Below are positions 49,241 through 59,800 of a stretch of DNA of 64,000 nt, piece after piece. The position numbers were made by a program, and so were the translations under genes. The DNA is from Candidatus Saccharimonadales bacterium (GTDB taxonomy: Bacteria; Patescibacteriota; Saccharimonadia; Saccharimonadales; OMJO01). Under the pieces are notes generated by a model, which had not been told where the DNA came from, ran no database searches, and saw only the letters and a list, made by a program, of their open reading frames with translations. The stretch is from contig JBBQQG010000003.1 in NCBI GenBank assembly GCA_038216175.1, positions 450 to 64,449 on the forward strand, given 5' to 3'. Every line of letters starts with the position of its first letter. The stretch's first letter is position 1.

Positions 49241-50116
49241 ATGCCAGAATTACCAGAGGTAGAAACAGTTAGAAGAGGCTTACAGTCACGAATTGTAGGC
49301 AAATCAATAACGGCTGTAAATTATAATTGGCCTAAAAGTTTTCCTAATTCAAATGATAATGTCGATAAGTTTTTAATTAATAGTAAAATTCTCGGTGTAA
49401 CTCGCCGAGCAAAAGTACTGTTAATTGAGCTAGATACTGAATACAGTTTGATGATACATTTAAAAATGACAGGGCAGCTAGTCTTTCGATCGAAAGCAGA
49501 TAATTTTGGAGCCGGTCATCCTTCAGATTCACTGATTGGCGAACTTCCCGACAAATCGACTCGTGTAATATTAGATTTTTCAGATGGCAGTATATTATTT
49601 TTTAACGATCAAAGAAAGTTTGGGTGGGTACAATTAATACCTACAATTGAAATAATCAATGTTGATTTTTTTAAGAAAGTTGGGCCTGAGCCACTAGCTA
49701 CTGATTTTACTTCAAAAGAGTTTATAACTCGGCTTAAAAGAAAGAAAAACAGTGCGATTAAAGCTGCGATATTAGATCAAACAGTGATAGCTGGTATTGG
49801 CAATATATACGCTGACGAAACCTTGTGGGGAGCAAAAATACACCCATCAACTATCGTTTCTAACATCTCACAGAAAAAATTGAATACATTATTTAACGAA
49901 ATTAGAGTCGTATTGGAGCTAGCTATAGAAAAGGGAGGATCGACTGATAAAAATTATGTAAATGCCGATGGTAAAAAAGGAAATTATTTAAACTTTGCTC
50001 GCGTCTTTCGCCGAGAGGGCCAAGCTTGTCCGCGATGTTCGACACAAATTATTAAAATTAGAGTCGCAAATCGAGGAACACACGTATGTCCTAATTGCCA
50101 AAAGGTAAAAACATGA
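49241..50116 (+). CDS. mutM: Formamidopyrimidine-DNA glycosylase
   Basis: MPELPEVET, HLKMTG, GIGNIYADE, C-terminal Zn finger. Confidence 0.97.
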   Translation: MPELPEVETVRRGLQSRIVGKSITAVNYNWPKSFPNSNDNVDKFLINSKILGVTRRAKVLLIELDTEYSLMIHLKMTGQLVFRSKADNFGAGHPSDSLIGELPDKSTRVILDFSDGSILFFNDQRKFGWVQLIPTIEIINVDFFKKVGPEPLATDFTSKEFITRLKRKKNSAIKAAILDQTVIAGIGNIYADETLWGAKIHPSTIVSNISQKKLNTLFNEIRVVLELAIEKGGSTDKNYVNADGKKGNYLNFARVFRREGQACPRCSTQIIKIRVANRGTHVCPNCQKVKT

Positions 50117-51036
50117 TAACCACGTTAGCCGGCTCAAATAGTTTTTTAATTTCTCAAAATATTATTTCATTAGAGACTGAATTTTTAAAAGACAATGATA
50201 TTTTTGGACTAGAAAAAATAGATGCCGAATCTTTAACAGTAGATCAGATACAGTCGAATATCGAAAGTTTGCCTTTTTTAACAGAAAAAAAATTAGTTAT
50301 CATAAAGAATCTCGGGCTTAACAAAAAATTCTTAGAAAAATACGAGAGTTTGATAGAAAAACTTCCACAATCTGTAGATTTAATTTTAATTGAGAATAAA
50401 CTCGATAAAAGGTCTACTTACTTTAAATATCTTAAGAAGAATACCAGATTCTTAGACTGTACCGAGCTTGATTCAAGACAATTGCCAGTCTGGCTTATCG
50501 AGCAGGCTAAATTAAATGATGCCAGTATTTCCATTTCAGACGCTCGTTACTTGGTAGAGAGAGTAGCCGGCTCGCAGCTGCTTTTATATAATGAGTTGCA
50601 GAAGTTAATAGACTATAAAAAAAATATAAGCCGATCATCAATTGAACTTTTGACGGAGTTAACTCCAAATAGTACAGTCTTTCAGCTGCTTGATGCAGCA
50701 TTTGCTTCGAATACCGCTAGGGCACTTAAAATTTACGATGAGCAGAGGAGTCAAAAGGTTGATCCAATGCTAATTTTAAGCATGATTGTTTGGCAGCTGC
50801 ATATAGTTGCTTTAATTAAAGCTGCAGGTACTAAGCCAACAAGCGATATATCAAACGATACTAATGTTAATTTATTCGTTCTTCAGAAAAGCAGTGCTAT
50901 AGCCGCAAAACTGACGATGCAAAAGCTAAAAAAACTTATCCGTAAAGTTTCGATACTAGAATTTAAGATCAAGAGTCTTTCAATAGATACAGATGATGCA
51001 TTATGTCAGCTGATAATTGATATTTCTAATCTATAA
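50113..51036 (+). CDS. holA: DNA polymerase III delta subunit
   Basis: LPFLTEKKLVII, LDKRS, NELQKL, VFQLLDA; ATG overlaps mutM stop. Confidence 0.85.
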   Translation: MITTLAGSNSFLISQNIISLETEFLKDNDIFGLEKIDAESLTVDQIQSNIESLPFLTEKKLVIIKNLGLNKKFLEKYESLIEKLPQSVDLILIENKLDKRSTYFKYLKKNTRFLDCTELDSRQLPVWLIEQAKLNDASISISDARYLVERVAGSQLLLYNELQKLIDYKKNISRSSIELLTELTPNSTVFQLLDAAFASNTARALKIYDEQRSQKVDPMLILSMIVWQLHIVALIKAAGTKPTSDISNDTNVNLFVLQKSSAIAAKLTMQKLKKLIRKVSILEFKIKSLSIDTDDALCQLIIDISNL

Positions 51037-51039
51037 ATT

Positions 51040-51396
51040 TTATTTTTTTGTAGTTTTCTTAGCCGGTGCTTTTTTTGTAACTTTTTTTACAGCTACTTTC
51101 TTTTTCGGGGCAACCTTCTTAGCAGTGGTTTTTTTAACTGATTTAGTTGATTTAGCACCGGCTGCCTTAGCTTTAGCTGCTAATTGACGCTGCTTTCTGG
51201 CAACTTTATTCTTATGCATTACTTTTTTCTTGCCGGCCTTATCTAAGGCACTTTGTGCTTTTTTATGATTAGCACCTGTAACGGCAGCGTGAAAAAGTTT
51301 GATAGCTGCTTTTAGGCTACGCTTTGTTTTTACGTTTCTGGCGGTTGCTTTTCTTGTAACGCGCACTCGTTTTTTAGCTGATTTAATAATTGGCAT
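51040..51396 (-). CDS. rpsT: 30S ribosomal protein S20 with Lys/Ala-rich tail
   Basis: MPIIKSAKKR, LDKAGKK..HKNKVARK. Confidence 0.92.
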   Translation of the reverse strand: MPIIKSAKKRVRVTRKATARNVKTKRSLKAAIKLFHAAVTGANHKKAQSALDKAGKKKVMHKNKVARKQRQLAAKAKAAGAKSTKSVKKTTAKKVAPKKKVAVKKVTKKAPAKKTTKK

Positions 51397-51593
51397 AGCT
51401 TAAATTCCTTTTTGCTTATGTTAACTTTAAGTGTCGAGATTGAATATAACCTATAATTACAACGGTTGTAAAGTGTTTGAGACTATAGACTTGTTTATTT
51501 GGTATTAAATCATTCAATAGCCTGTGGAAAGGTAGTGGACAAGCTTGTGCTTAATATGATAAGCTCACCCCTAGAGGTTTCAAAAAATAAAAA

Positions 51594-53450
51594 ATGGAAA
51601 ATCAAAAAGTTAAGATAGTTCAGAGTATTAAAGACGCAAGTAACGTCTTAGTTACTGTTAGTTCTAACCCTTCAGTAGATCAATTATCATCGGCAATCGG
51701 GCTGACTCTTATTCTTAATAAAATGGGCAAGCATGCGACTGCAGTATTTAGTGGGCAAATACCGTCTACTATAGAATTCCTAGAGCCTGATAAAACACTT
51801 GAAAAAAACACCGATAGTCTAAGAGATTTTATTATCTCGCTAGACAAGTCAAAAGCCGATAAGCTACGTTATAAAGTCGAAGATACGATGGTGAAAATAT
51901 TTATAACACCGTATCGAACGTCAATCGGTCAGTCCGATTTGGATTTTAGCCAGGGTGATTTTAATGTCGATGCAGTCATCGCACTAGGCGTAAAGCAAAG
52001 AGAACAACTAGACGAGGCAATAGTCACTAACGGACGGATACTGCACGATGCCGTAGTTATATCTTTAAATATTGACGGCTCGAGCGAGCTTGGCACAGAA
52101 AACTGGCTCGATTCAAGTGCTAGCAGCTTGTCGGAAATGGTTATGTCGCTTGTCAGTGAGTTAAATGCAGATGCAATGTTAGATTCTCAGATCGCTACTG
52201 CTTTTTTGACCGGTATTGTTGCCGAAACTCAAAGATTTAGCAATGAAAAAACATCATCACTAACTATGACGACAAGTGCAAAATTAATGTCTGCAGGTGC
52301 AAATCAGCAGTTAATTGCAACAAAACTTAATGAACATCCCAAAGTACAAGATAAAAAGGCAGATTTTGATCCACAAAAACTCGATGATCTGGCTTCAGAC
52401 AAAGCCGAATCAAAAAAGAAAGACGGATCACTTCAAATTGACCACGAAGCTAAACTAGATAGCCATACAGAAAACGACGATGATAAAAACAACAGCGACA
52501 AACCTGAAAATGTAACTATAGATGAATTCGGGGTTCTAAACGACTCGGCAGAAGAAAATAAGCATCGAAATGCCGCTGTCAGCGAACAAAAATTGTCTGA
52601 ACCGACAACCAGTTTGCTGACAAGCCCGCCGACTTTAGGGGGTACTCTGACTGCCAACAGTCGTCCTGAAAATTTAGATCCAAGTACTGATCCGTTAACT
52701 TTGCCCCCTGTAAATAGTCCGCTTTTAACTCATAATAACGGCGATGCTGAACTTCCGCCAGAGCAACCGAAAGTAGAAGATATATTGTCGGCTACAGAAA
52801 AAAATGAAGATCCCAGATTACCGACGCTTGTGCCAGCTATCAATAATGTATCCGACTTAAATATAAAAAGTACAGATTCGCCGGATAATAATGTAAAAAC
52901 CGGAGATACTACTTACCATGAGGAGAAGCAGACGCTGGCAGATCTTGAAAAATATGTAGGCAGTCCGCACTATACTCAGACCGATACAAGCCCGCCCGAA
53001 AAACAAGAAGCCGAGTCAGAAGGCTTATCAAGCGAAATTGCACCGGAACGGGTAGATGCGGCACGTGATGCAGTTAATCAGGCAGTTACCAGTAGTCCAC
53101 AAAACACTCTAGAGCCGATAGCAGCATTAAATGCAAATCCACTGGGACTTAATATTGATCATAAACCAGATTCTGAACCTGTCTCGCCGATAACTGCCGA
53201 CGATTTAATAGACCTTGCCGACCAGCCGCCAGAGCTCCCTCAGTTAAGTGTTGACGATAACACTGGTATACCAAAATTTAATCTGCCTTCCAATTTAGTC
53301 CCAACCTCAACACCAGTAGATAATACTGCTGGTCCGTCTCAAATAGGATCTCCTCCGCCAGTACCGCCACCTATGATGCCACCAGGATTTGGCGTATCAT
53401 CTAACGGAGAGCCAGACCTCGGTCAAAAAATGCCTCCGCCAATTTTGTAG
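51594..53450 (+). CDS. Degenerate DHH/NrnA-like domain with long acidic Pro-rich tail
   Basis: NPSVDQLSSA, SSLSEMV, IATAFLTGIVAETQRF; DHH motif absent. Confidence 0.75.
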   Translation: MENQKVKIVQSIKDASNVLVTVSSNPSVDQLSSAIGLTLILNKMGKHATAVFSGQIPSTIEFLEPDKTLEKNTDSLRDFIISLDKSKADKLRYKVEDTMVKIFITPYRTSIGQSDLDFSQGDFNVDAVIALGVKQREQLDEAIVTNGRILHDAVVISLNIDGSSELGTENWLDSSASSLSEMVMSLVSELNADAMLDSQIATAFLTGIVAETQRFSNEKTSSLTMTTSAKLMSAGANQQLIATKLNEHPKVQDKKADFDPQKLDDLASDKAESKKKDGSLQIDHEAKLDSHTENDDDKNNSDKPENVTIDEFGVLNDSAEENKHRNAAVSEQKLSEPTTSLLTSPPTLGGTLTANSRPENLDPSTDPLTLPPVNSPLLTHNNGDAELPPEQPKVEDILSATEKNEDPRLPTLVPAINNVSDLNIKSTDSPDNNVKTGDTTYHEEKQTLADLEKYVGSPHYTQTDTSPPEKQEAESEGLSSEIAPERVDAARDAVNQAVTSSPQNTLEPIAALNANPLGLNIDHKPDSEPVSPITADDLIDLADQPPELPQLSVDDNTGIPKFNLPSNLVPTSTPVDNTAGPSQIGSPPPVPPPMMPPGFGVSSNGEPDLGQKMPPPIL

Positions 53451-53485
53451 CCAACCGGTGTTATTTCCTGTATTTTATAGTAATC

Positions 53486-54184
53486 ATGGACGGAATTTTA
53501 TTAGTCGATAAGCCAATTGAATGGACAAGTTTTGATGCCGTAAACCGCGTTCGCAGTATAGTCCAAAATTCTGGCTTAGCTGACAGCTCAAAAAAGAGAT
53601 TCCCAGTAGGTCACTGCGGAACGCTTGATCCACTGGCATCAGGACTGCTCGTTCTGCTACTTGGCGACTACACAAAAAAAGCGGCTATGCTAACTATGCT
53701 CGATAAAATTTATATTTCTTCGGCAAAACTAGGTCAAACCAGCACTACTGGGGACGATGAAGGTGAAAAAACGATTGTAAGCGGAAGTATTCCAGGTAGA
53801 AATGAACTTGATATGGCAATAAAAAATTTTGAAGGTGATATAGAACAGATTCCACCTATATATTCGGCAATCAAGATTAATGGCAAACGTGCATATCAGC
53901 TAGCGCGGAGCGGTGTAACAGTAGAAATGAAACCACGTAAATCCCATATTGAATATATAAAACTACTTAAATATGATTACCCGTTGTTTAAAATAGAAAC
54001 TAAAGTATCAAGCGGAACTTATATTAGAAGCTTAGTTGAAGATATTGGAGCAAGTCTCGGTACCGGTGCATATATAACCGATTTAAGAAGAACTAAAGTT
54101 GGTCGATATGACGTGTCGGACGCAGTAAAAATGCCCAATCTCAGTGCTGAAACAGTGTATAACCATCTACTAAAACTTGATTAA
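53486..54184 (+). CDS. truB: tRNA pseudouridine(55) synthase
   Basis: VDKP, GHCGTLDPLASG, PPIYSAIKING, GTYIRSL. Confidence 0.96.
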   Translation: MDGILLVDKPIEWTSFDAVNRVRSIVQNSGLADSSKKRFPVGHCGTLDPLASGLLVLLLGDYTKKAAMLTMLDKIYISSAKLGQTSTTGDDEGEKTIVSGSIPGRNELDMAIKNFEGDIEQIPPIYSAIKINGKRAYQLARSGVTVEMKPRKSHIEYIKLLKYDYPLFKIETKVSSGTYIRSLVEDIGASLGTGAYITDLRRTKVGRYDVSDAVKMPNLSAETVYNHLLKLD

Positions 54185-54215
54185 CAGGTTAAACAATGCT
54201 ATTATCTGTCTAAAT

Positions 54216-54482
54216 ATGATAACGAGTGAGAAGAAACAGGCAGTTATTGCCGAATTAGCTAGCGCGAAGAACGATACTGGATCACCGGCAGTTCAAGTAG
54301 GAATTCTGACCAGGAGAATCGAAGAAATAACAGCGCATCTTAAAATCAATAAGCATGATTTCATGGCTCGTCGTGGGTTGCTACAAATGGTAGGCAATCG
54401 TAAGCGATTACTCAAGTACTTAGCTGACAAAGATTCAAAGATGTACCTAGAAGTAGTAAAAAAACTCGGTCTTCGTAAATAG
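54216..54482 (+). CDS. rpsO: 30S ribosomal protein S15
   Basis: DTGSPAVQV, HD..ARRGLLQMVG.RKRLL, LGLRK. Confidence 0.96.
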   Translation: MITSEKKQAVIAELASAKNDTGSPAVQVGILTRRIEEITAHLKINKHDFMARRGLLQMVGNRKRLLKYLADKDSKMYLEVVKKLGLRK

Positions 54483-54665
54483 TAATTTGCATAAACTATA
54501 GCCCTGCAAATAGTCAATTAGCAGAGTAAGCTTGTGCACATTAAACTAAAGGTGAGATTATTCGCTGTAGAGACCAGATATATGGCTTGTCGATTAAATG
54601 CACAGGGTCAAGGCTATATATTTGCACCCTGCAGCGTAAGCTCTAGAAAGGCAATATTTTAATAT

Positions 54666-56801
54666 ATGGGACAAACGATAAACCCATTAGGGAAAAAAAT
54701 AATAAGCGTAACTGCCGACTTTTGCGGACGCCCGTTAACGCTAGAGGTAAACCGAGTTGGTTTTAGAACAAGCGCGGTAGTTATGGCCACTTACGGCGAT
54801 ACAGTTGTATTGGGTACGGCTATGATAAGCAATTCAGCCGTACACGGCTTCGATTATTTTCCGTTAAGTGTTGATTATGAAGAAAAAATGTATGCCGCTG
54901 GTAAAATTAGCGGCAGCCGATTTATTAAGAGAGAAGGTCGCCCTAGTGATGATGCTATTTTAATCGGTAGGTTAATAGATAGACCGATAAGACCATTATG
55001 GCCGAAAGGCTACCGCAACGAAGTACAGGGCGTAGCTACCGTTTTAAGCTTAGATCCAGATTTTAGGCCTGATGCCGTTGCTATGATCGCATTAAGCGCT
55101 GCCTTTATGCTGACTGGTGCGCCTTTTGAAGGTCCAGTTGCCGGAGTTCGGGTAGGCTACGATAACGGAAAATTGACAGCATTCGCTTCGCCGGAACAGT
55201 TGAAAAACGGTGGACTTGATTTAGTAGTCGCTGGAACAGAAGCTGGAATCATGATGGTTGAAGCAGGTGCCGACGAAGTAAGCGAAGAAAAAATAGTCGA
55301 AGCGCTTGAATTTGCACAAACTGCAATTCAACCTGCTATAAAGCTTCAGCATGAATTGGTCAAAAAAGTCGGTGTTACTGCTCAGCAATACGAACTAAAT
55401 CTGCCTAGCGTCGATATCCAAAAAGAGGTAGACGGCTATCTTAAAGGTAAGCTGGGTAAGAATATACGAACTAATTATCCGGACAGACACGAAAAAATGC
55501 ATGAAATCAGAAAAGATTTAATGGCTCATTTTGAAGAAAAACTTGGTGAAGAGTTTAGCAGTCTTAAGCGTGAATACGAAGATGCATTCGCCAACGTAGT
55601 TAATTATGACGTCAGAAAAGGCATTATAGAGGAAAATACGAGGCCAGATGGACGTAAGCTTAATGAAGTCAGGCAACTTTCTAGTGAAGTTGGAATTTTA
55701 CCGCGAGTTCACGGCTCAAGCTTATTTACGAGAGGTATGACACAAGCTCTAAACATCGTGACTTTGGCTCCGTTATCATACGCCCAGATGGTAGATACTA
55801 TGGAAAGAGAAGGCGAAAGGCGTTATATGCATCACTATAATGCACCCGGCTATACTGTTGGTGAGATAAAGCGCCTTGGCAGCCCCGGCCGAAGAGAAAT
55901 CGGACATGGCTTTTTAGCAGAACGGGCGCTGAGTTCAGTACTGCCTGCTGAAGCCGATTTTCCATACACCATAAGAAGTGTTACAGAAATTATGAGCCAG
56001 CACGGATCTACTTCTATGGCAGCCACCTGTTCCAGCTGTTTGGCATTAATGGATGCCGGTGTGCCAATAAAACGTCCGGTCAGTGGGATAGCTATGGGAC
56101 TAATGAAAGACAAAGACAAAATATTTATCTTAACCGATATTGCCGATGCTGAAGATTTTGCCGGAGATATGGACTTTAAAGTTGCCGGCACTGAACAAGG
56201 TATTACAGCTCTTCAAATGGATATGAAAGTCCACGGTCTTAGTGTCGACGTCTTAAAAAAGGCGCTTGACGAGGGCAAAATTGGCCGAGCCCATATACTT
56301 AGTAGCATGCTTCAAACTTTAGCCGAGCCCAGAAAAGAGATGAGCAAGTATGCACCTAGAGTTGAATCGATAACAATCAATCCTGACAAGATTAGGGAAG
56401 TAATCGGTAAGGGTGGAGAAATGATAAATAAGATCATTGCCGACACTGGTGCCGAAATAGACATTAAAGAAGACGGGACTGTATTTATTTCTAGTCCAAA
56501 TAAAGTATCGATCGATGGCGCCAAACAGTGGATTAGAAATATTACCGACGATCCTGAAATTGGCAAGATATATGAAAACTGCCGGGTTGTCAGCGTATTA
56601 GATTTTGGCGCGTTTGTCGAAATACTCCCAGGCAAGGAAGGCTTAGTGCATGTCAGTGAGCTTAGCGAAGAAAGAGTCAATAAACCTAGTGATGTCGTAA
56701 AAGAAGGCGATAAAGTTACAGTCAAGCTTGTCGCGATCGACGACCGGGGCAGGCTCCAGTTAAGTATCAAAGCAGCAAATAGGGAAAAAAAGGATGTCTA
56801 A
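54666..56801 (+). CDS. pnp: Polyribonucleotide nucleotidyltransferase
   Basis: RLIDRPIRP, RREIGHG, DMDFKVAG, KH and S1 domains. Confidence 0.97.
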   Translation: MGQTINPLGKKIISVTADFCGRPLTLEVNRVGFRTSAVVMATYGDTVVLGTAMISNSAVHGFDYFPLSVDYEEKMYAAGKISGSRFIKREGRPSDDAILIGRLIDRPIRPLWPKGYRNEVQGVATVLSLDPDFRPDAVAMIALSAAFMLTGAPFEGPVAGVRVGYDNGKLTAFASPEQLKNGGLDLVVAGTEAGIMMVEAGADEVSEEKIVEALEFAQTAIQPAIKLQHELVKKVGVTAQQYELNLPSVDIQKEVDGYLKGKLGKNIRTNYPDRHEKMHEIRKDLMAHFEEKLGEEFSSLKREYEDAFANVVNYDVRKGIIEENTRPDGRKLNEVRQLSSEVGILPRVHGSSLFTRGMTQALNIVTLAPLSYAQMVDTMEREGERRYMHHYNAPGYTVGEIKRLGSPGRREIGHGFLAERALSSVLPAEADFPYTIRSVTEIMSQHGSTSMAATCSSCLALMDAGVPIKRPVSGIAMGLMKDKDKIFILTDIADAEDFAGDMDFKVAGTEQGITALQMDMKVHGLSVDVLKKALDEGKIGRAHILSSMLQTLAEPRKEMSKYAPRVESITINPDKIREVIGKGGEMINKIIADTGAEIDIKEDGTVFISSPNKVSIDGAKQWIRNITDDPEIGKIYENCRVVSVLDFGAFVEILPGKEGLVHVSELSEERVNKPSDVVKEGDKVTVKLVAIDDRGRLQLSIKAANREKKDV

Positions 56802-57003
56802 GCTATATAGCGAAGTTGCTAAAAAACCACTGACAATGATTGCATTTAGTATAATCGGGTTTCTTCTTGCCTACTTGCTTTTTACCAGGGCAGTCGATAC
56901 AGGAAGTTTGGGACAGTATGGGCTAATGATTTTAATAGCCGGAATGAGCATATACTTAATTGTAAAGGCAATCCGAATGCGGAATAATGGCAGTAAAGTC
57001 TAA
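56794..57003 (+). CDS. Small two-TM membrane protein
   Basis: Overlaps pnp and udg ends; RAVDTGSLGQY loop between TMs. Confidence 0.65.
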   Translation: MSKLYSEVAKKPLTMIAFSIIGFLLAYLLFTRAVDTGSLGQYGLMILIAGMSIYLIVKAIRMRNNGSKV

Positions 57004-57562
57004 GCAAACACGACTTGATCAGATTATGGCAGACATCATAAAATACAATGTCTGCCCAGACCTGGCCAAGACAGCTTCACAGCTGGTTTTCGGTATCGGC
57101 AATCCAGATGCAGAAATTGTATTCATAGGAGAAGCACCAGGAAAGAACGAAGATCTCAAAGGCTTGCCTTTTGTCGGATCGGCTGGAAAATTACTAGACG
57201 AGATGCTCGCAAGTATAAATGCCAAACGCCAGGATGTGTACATTACCAATATAGTTAAGTATCGACCACCAAATAACCGTGATCCGTTGCCTGAAGAAAA
57301 AGCAAATTTTTTGCCTTATCTCAGTCAACAGCTAGCAGTAATCAATCCGAAGCTAGTTATAACTCTAGGTCGGCACAGCATGAATTGTTTCTTGCCTGAG
57401 CTGCAGATCAGTCAGGTTCATGGACAAGCGAAGCGTCTAAATGGTCAGGTATATTTACCGCTTTATCATCCAGCTGCAGCGCTATACAATGGCGGTTTGA
57501 GAAAAATTTTATTTGAAGATTTTGCAAAAATACCAGAGATAATTAAATTAATTGAAAAATAA
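56987..57562 (+). CDS. Uracil-DNA glycosylase family 4
   Basis: [26 protein letters not shown]. Confidence 0.92.
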   Translation: MAVKSKQTRLDQIMADIIKYNVCPDLAKTASQLVFGIGNPDAEIVFIGEAPGKNEDLKGLPFVGSAGKLLDEMLASINAKRQDVYITNIVKYRPPNNRDPLPEEKANFLPYLSQQLAVINPKLVITLGRHSMNCFLPELQISQVHGQAKRLNGQVYLPLYHPAAALYNGGLRKILFEDFAKIPEIIKLIEK

Positions 57563-57596
57563 TATATCTTTTTTAGAAAAGAAAGGAAAGTAATAC

Positions 57597-59690
57597 ATGG
57601 ATAATAATAAACCAAAATCAGGACCAGCTAGACCTAATAACAGGCCGCCAAAACCTAATAATAATCAGCCTAATGGTAATGTGAATTCCCGTGGACCGAG
57701 TGCTAGCCGCGGAGCTGCAATTAGAGCACAGAAAAGAACCCAAGACGACGCTTTTAGAATCGCAAACCAGTATTTAGATGCTTCAGCTCCCCAATCTGAT
57801 GGCCAGCCCAGAGCAAATTTTATAGATGATAGTCCTAGACTTAAGATTATCGGACTTGGCGGTATGGACGGCGCTGGATCAAAAAACATGATATTGGTCG
57901 AATATTTAAACGATGCAATTATTATGGATTGTGGAAATGATTTAGGTGTCGATCTTCCTGGAATAAATTACGGTATTGCTGATACTGCATATATTGAAAC
58001 TATCAAACATAAGCTACGTGGATATATTATTACTCATGGACACCTTGATCATATTGGTGGTCTGCCACATATAGTGCCGAAAATACCGGCTCCGATATAT
58101 GGTAGTAAATTTAGCATAGGTAGAGTCGAAGAAATTTTTGATAATTTTGGACTACCTATGCCTGAAGGTTTTGAACTTCAAACAGTAGTAATGAATGAAA
58201 ATACTCATGAGCGGCTAAAAGTCGGATCTTTTTTCGTTGAGCTTGTCAGAATTACACACTCGATTCCAGGAAGTACCTGTATTGTGCTTGATACACCAGT
58301 TGGACGAATTATTAACAGTGGTGATTTTAGGCTTGATCCAAATCCACTTGATCATGAAAGAACTGATGTCGAGAGGCTAACAGAACTAGGTAATGAAGGG
58401 GTACTAGCATTATTAAGCGAGAGTACGACAATTGAAAGACCCGGTAGAACTCCAAGTGAAAGTACAATCGAACAAAGTTTCGTAGATATTATCGATCAGG
58501 CACCGGGAAGAATTTTCGTCGGTTTGTTCTCGACAAATATGAACCGGGTTCAGATGATAATAAATGCTTCTGTCCATCATGGTAGAAAAATTGCGATGGA
58601 TGGAAGAAGTATGGTTAGCACGCTTGAAATGGCTGTTCGACATGGCTTTATGAAAGTACCTAAAGGAACATTTGTTCCAATTGCTTCAGCCGCTACAATG
58701 AAAGACCACGAATTGGTTGTTGTATGTACTGGATCTCAGGGAGAGCCAAGCTCAGCTTTGCAAAGAATGGCGAACGGGGAGCATAGACACATTAAACTAA
58801 AAGAACAAGATACTGTGATTCTTAGCTCTACACCAATACCTGAGTCAGGAAACGACAAATTAGTCGGTGACATGGTAGACAACCTTGTTAAGCGGGGAGT
58901 ACACGTCTTTGAGCATCGTAATCATGAAATTGACGGTATCGGTCCGCTTCACGTATCAGGCCATGCATCAAGAGATGAATACGCCGACATGATTAATATG
59001 ACAAAACCAAAGTTTTTTGTGCCGATATATGGACCATTTCGCTCAAAAGCCCGGCATATTGATCTGGCAGTAGAACAGGGAATACCAAGAGTTAATACTA
59101 TGAATGCTGATAATGGTGACGTGATCGCCCTAACTTCGGATAAGATGGAAATCATCGGAAAAATACCTCATGGAACAGTGTTAGTCGATCAAACTGGTGC
59201 AATTGTAAGCAATGTAGTAATTAAGGATAGGTTAATGCTGGCAGAAGAAGGACTTGTTGCAGTTGTGCTTACTGTCGATAAAAAAACTGGAATGCTTCTG
59301 ACGAGCCCCGATATAATAACCAGAGGGTTTATCTATATTAGAGATTCCGAAGAGCTTATGAATGCCTTTAGAACCGAACTTAGACGAGCAGTCGGCCAGA
59401 GATTTAAACGTATCGAATTAGATCGATTTAAAGCCGAACTAAAAGATCATATGACACACTTTTTATTTGAACAAACAGGGCGAAGTCCAATCGTTATACC
59501 AGTTGTAAATATAATCGGTGGCAGCAAGACTGCTGGAGATAAACAACTTAACCGATCAAATGGTAGACCTCAGGGGAATGTCAACGAGACTCCCGAAGAA
59601 CCGACACTAGAGCAAATGGCTGTTGATCAGCAGCGACATTTCCAGGAACTTCGCGCTAAACTACTTGGACAAGATGCTAGGACCGATTAG
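57597..59690 (+). CDS. rnj: Ribonuclease J
   Basis: THGHLDHIGG, THSIP, TGSQGEP, HVSGH. Confidence 0.95.
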   Translation: MDNNKPKSGPARPNNRPPKPNNNQPNGNVNSRGPSASRGAAIRAQKRTQDDAFRIANQYLDASAPQSDGQPRANFIDDSPRLKIIGLGGMDGAGSKNMILVEYLNDAIIMDCGNDLGVDLPGINYGIADTAYIETIKHKLRGYIITHGHLDHIGGLPHIVPKIPAPIYGSKFSIGRVEEIFDNFGLPMPEGFELQTVVMNENTHERLKVGSFFVELVRITHSIPGSTCIVLDTPVGRIINSGDFRLDPNPLDHERTDVERLTELGNEGVLALLSESTTIERPGRTPSESTIEQSFVDIIDQAPGRIFVGLFSTNMNRVQMIINASVHHGRKIAMDGRSMVSTLEMAVRHGFMKVPKGTFVPIASAATMKDHELVVVCTGSQGEPSSALQRMANGEHRHIKLKEQDTVILSSTPIPESGNDKLVGDMVDNLVKRGVHVFEHRNHEIDGIGPLHVSGHASRDEYADMINMTKPKFFVPIYGPFRSKARHIDLAVEQGIPRVNTMNADNGDVIALTSDKMEIIGKIPHGTVLVDQTGAIVSNVVIKDRLMLAEEGLVAVVLTVDKKTGMLLTSPDIITRGFIYIRDSEELMNAFRTELRRAVGQRFKRIELDRFKAELKDHMTHFLFEQTGRSPIVIPVVNIIGGSKTAGDKQLNRSNGRPQGNVNETPEEPTLEQMAVDQQRHFQELRAKLLGQDARTD

Positions 59691-59800
59691 TACAGTTAAA
59701 AAGTCAAAACTGTTTATATCTGATTGACTTTTATCGAAAAGTCCAGTATAAAATAAGGCGTTAATTCAAAAATAAAATTAATTAAAGAAAGAGGTTTATT

